A stretch of 25,945 nt of DNA from a virus (lineage: Duplodnaviria > Caudoviricetes): the IMG/VR virus record IMGVR_UViG_3300010376_000120, positions 1 to 25,945 of that record, one strand, 5' to 3'. A program made the position numbers and the translations under genes. This document shows positions 24,822-25,945 of the stretch, one piece after another (positions within the stretch are counted from its first letter, which is position 1; the number at the start of each line of letters is the position of its first letter). The notes below the pieces were generated by a model that saw only the letters and a list, made by a program, of their open reading frames with translations, did not search any database and was not told where the DNA came from.

Positions 24822-25639
24822 GTCATGCACCACCCGTTGTCGCAATGGACGTCGTCGTCGGTTCCTGCAAGGGTGAGCTGGCCCGGATGCCCGATCGGCG
24901 CTTCGAGGAGCGGCCGGGCGAACCTGGTCAGATAGACGTGGTCTTTGCCCAGGGCGTCGCGGCGCTCGTTTAGCAGCGCCTCAAGTTCGGCAGCCTTGTA
25001 AAACAGTTCGGGTTCGTTGCGCTGCATGTACGCCCACGTGTCAGGGCGGTGGAACGGGCAGAAGTAGCAGGCTGATTTGCCTGGAACTGGGAGGCCTGCG
25101 GCGCGGATGACGTCCATGCAGTCGGTGCGCCGCAGGCGCAGGTCTAGCAGCGGGTAGACAACGTTTTCGTAGGGCTCTACCTTGCGGTTATTGGCGCGGT
25201 GGAGTTCGTCGACGCTGATGCCAACGGCGACGGTGGCGGGGTTGTCCGCACTGGCACCGTGTTCCTTGAGCCACTTCCCGATCACCTTGATTTTGAAATG
25301 TGAGGTGCAATTGCGGGTTCCGGGTGCGCCGTTGTCCATGCGGACGGGGATGGGAAGTGACCGGGAACCTTCGCGGGTGAGGCGGCCGTACAGGGTTTCG
25401 ACTCCGACGAACTGGCCGCGGACGTTCACCTTTTGCAGTTCATGGATGGTGATGCCGTGCGCCTGGGCGTAGGGCACCGCGATTTCGCGGAGGTAGCGGA
25501 GAGTGGCGGGGTGTTCGGAGTCGTCGCCGACGTTGGCGAATAGGAATGTCTGATAGTCGATGCGGCCGGTGGCTGCGAGGACGAGCATGGCTGTGGTCTG
25601 GACGCCGCCGCCGTGGGAGACGACTCGAAGCGGGTTCAT
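24818..25639 (-). CDS. PAPS-reductase-like PP-loop (adenine nucleotide alpha hydrolase) protein
   Basis: VVSHGGGVQTTAM, FANVG..E, RNCT..FKI, GISVDE..R, YPL, KSACYFCPF. Start taken at ATG 25639 rather than 25942. Confidence 0.85.
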   Translation of the reverse strand: MNPLRVVSHGGGVQTTAMLVLAATGRIDYQTFLFANVGDDSEHPATLRYLREIAVPYAQAHGITIHELQKVNVRGQFVGVETLYGRLTREGSRSLPIPVRMDNGAPGTRNCTSHFKIKVIGKWLKEHGASADNPATVAVGISVDELHRANNRKVEPYENVVYPLLDLRLRRTDCMDVIRAAGLPVPGKSACYFCPFHRPDTWAYMQRNEPELFYKAAELEALLNERRDALGKDHVYLTRFARPLLEAPIGHPGQLTLAGTDDDVHCDNGWCMT

Positions 25640-25794
25640 GACGGGTGCTTTCCGCAGGTTGCGCCGTCGCGGCGCACCCACTGCTGCAGTTCGGGGTTCC
25701 AGGTGTGGGGGCAGCGGCAGTCGCGGGGAACGTCCCTGTGCCATGCGGCTTGCTGGACCGCGTGCTTGACGACGTCGTACACGGGGGCGGTCAT
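25636..25794 (-). CDS. Small Cys/His protein (52 aa)
   Basis: MTAPVYDVV...RDVPRDCRCPHTW...WVRRDGATCGKH; ATGA overlaps at both ends. Confidence 0.6.
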   Translation of the reverse strand: MTAPVYDVVKHAVQQAAWHRDVPRDCRCPHTWNPELQQWVRRDGATCGKHPS

Positions 25795-25945
25795 GACGCT
25801 CTCCGCTTGGCGCGGAGCTGGTTGTCGTTACCCCGTGCACACCACCGGCACAGGGGTGCGCCGTCTTTGGCGGTGATGGCGTCGCATGGGTTGATGCTGA
25901 GGCAGGGGACGGGGTTGCGGCACCGTCCGCACACGCAGTCATAGC
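25791..25945 (-). CDS. 5'-truncated Cys-rich protein
   Basis: ...CVCGRCRNPVPC...LCRWCARG...RAS*; stop overlaps the next ATG. Confidence 0.5.
   Translation of the reverse strand, partial: YDCVCGRCRNPVPCLSINPCDAITAKDGAPLCRWCARGNDNQLRAKRRAS

Noticed and set aside
24818-25639. Auxiliary sulfate-assimilation cysH call
   Set aside because: Lacks the C-terminal ECGLH motif of true PAPS/APS reductases, and its neighbours point to DNA modification.
25640-25942. N-terminal extension of the PP-loop ORF
   Set aside because: Better explained by two small ATGA-coupled genes in other frames.

Overview
High-GC actinobacteriophage (siphovirus-type phage or prophage) segment, almost all on the minus strand. 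In transcription order (right to left) it has four parts. (1) An early, translationally coupled operon with a PAPS-reductase-like PP-loop protein, a YhhQ/Vut-type queuosine-precursor transporter overlapping a short TGT/DpdA-like transglycosylase, an ERF annealing protein, an MT-A70 methyltransferase and many Cys/His-rich microproteins. (2) A roughly 440-bp non-coding stretch dense in hairpins. (3) An accessory or lysis-like operon with a papain-like peptidase, small membrane proteins, a Mom-like GNAT, an exported GH16-like glycosidase, a holin-like protein and an HNH nuclease. (4) The morphogenesis genes: portal, ClpP-type protease, HK97 capsid, connectors, two paralogous tail-tube genes, a frameshifting tail chaperone, tape measure and a minor tail protein. 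The terminase pair alone is on the plus strand. It diverges from the portal operon across a perfect 29-bp palindrome and converges on HNH at a probable cos/pac region, where strand skew flips. The best candidate for a new system is transporter-fed deazaguanine-type DNA modification layered with up to three other modification chemistries. All calls come from motif recognition by eye; no searches were run.
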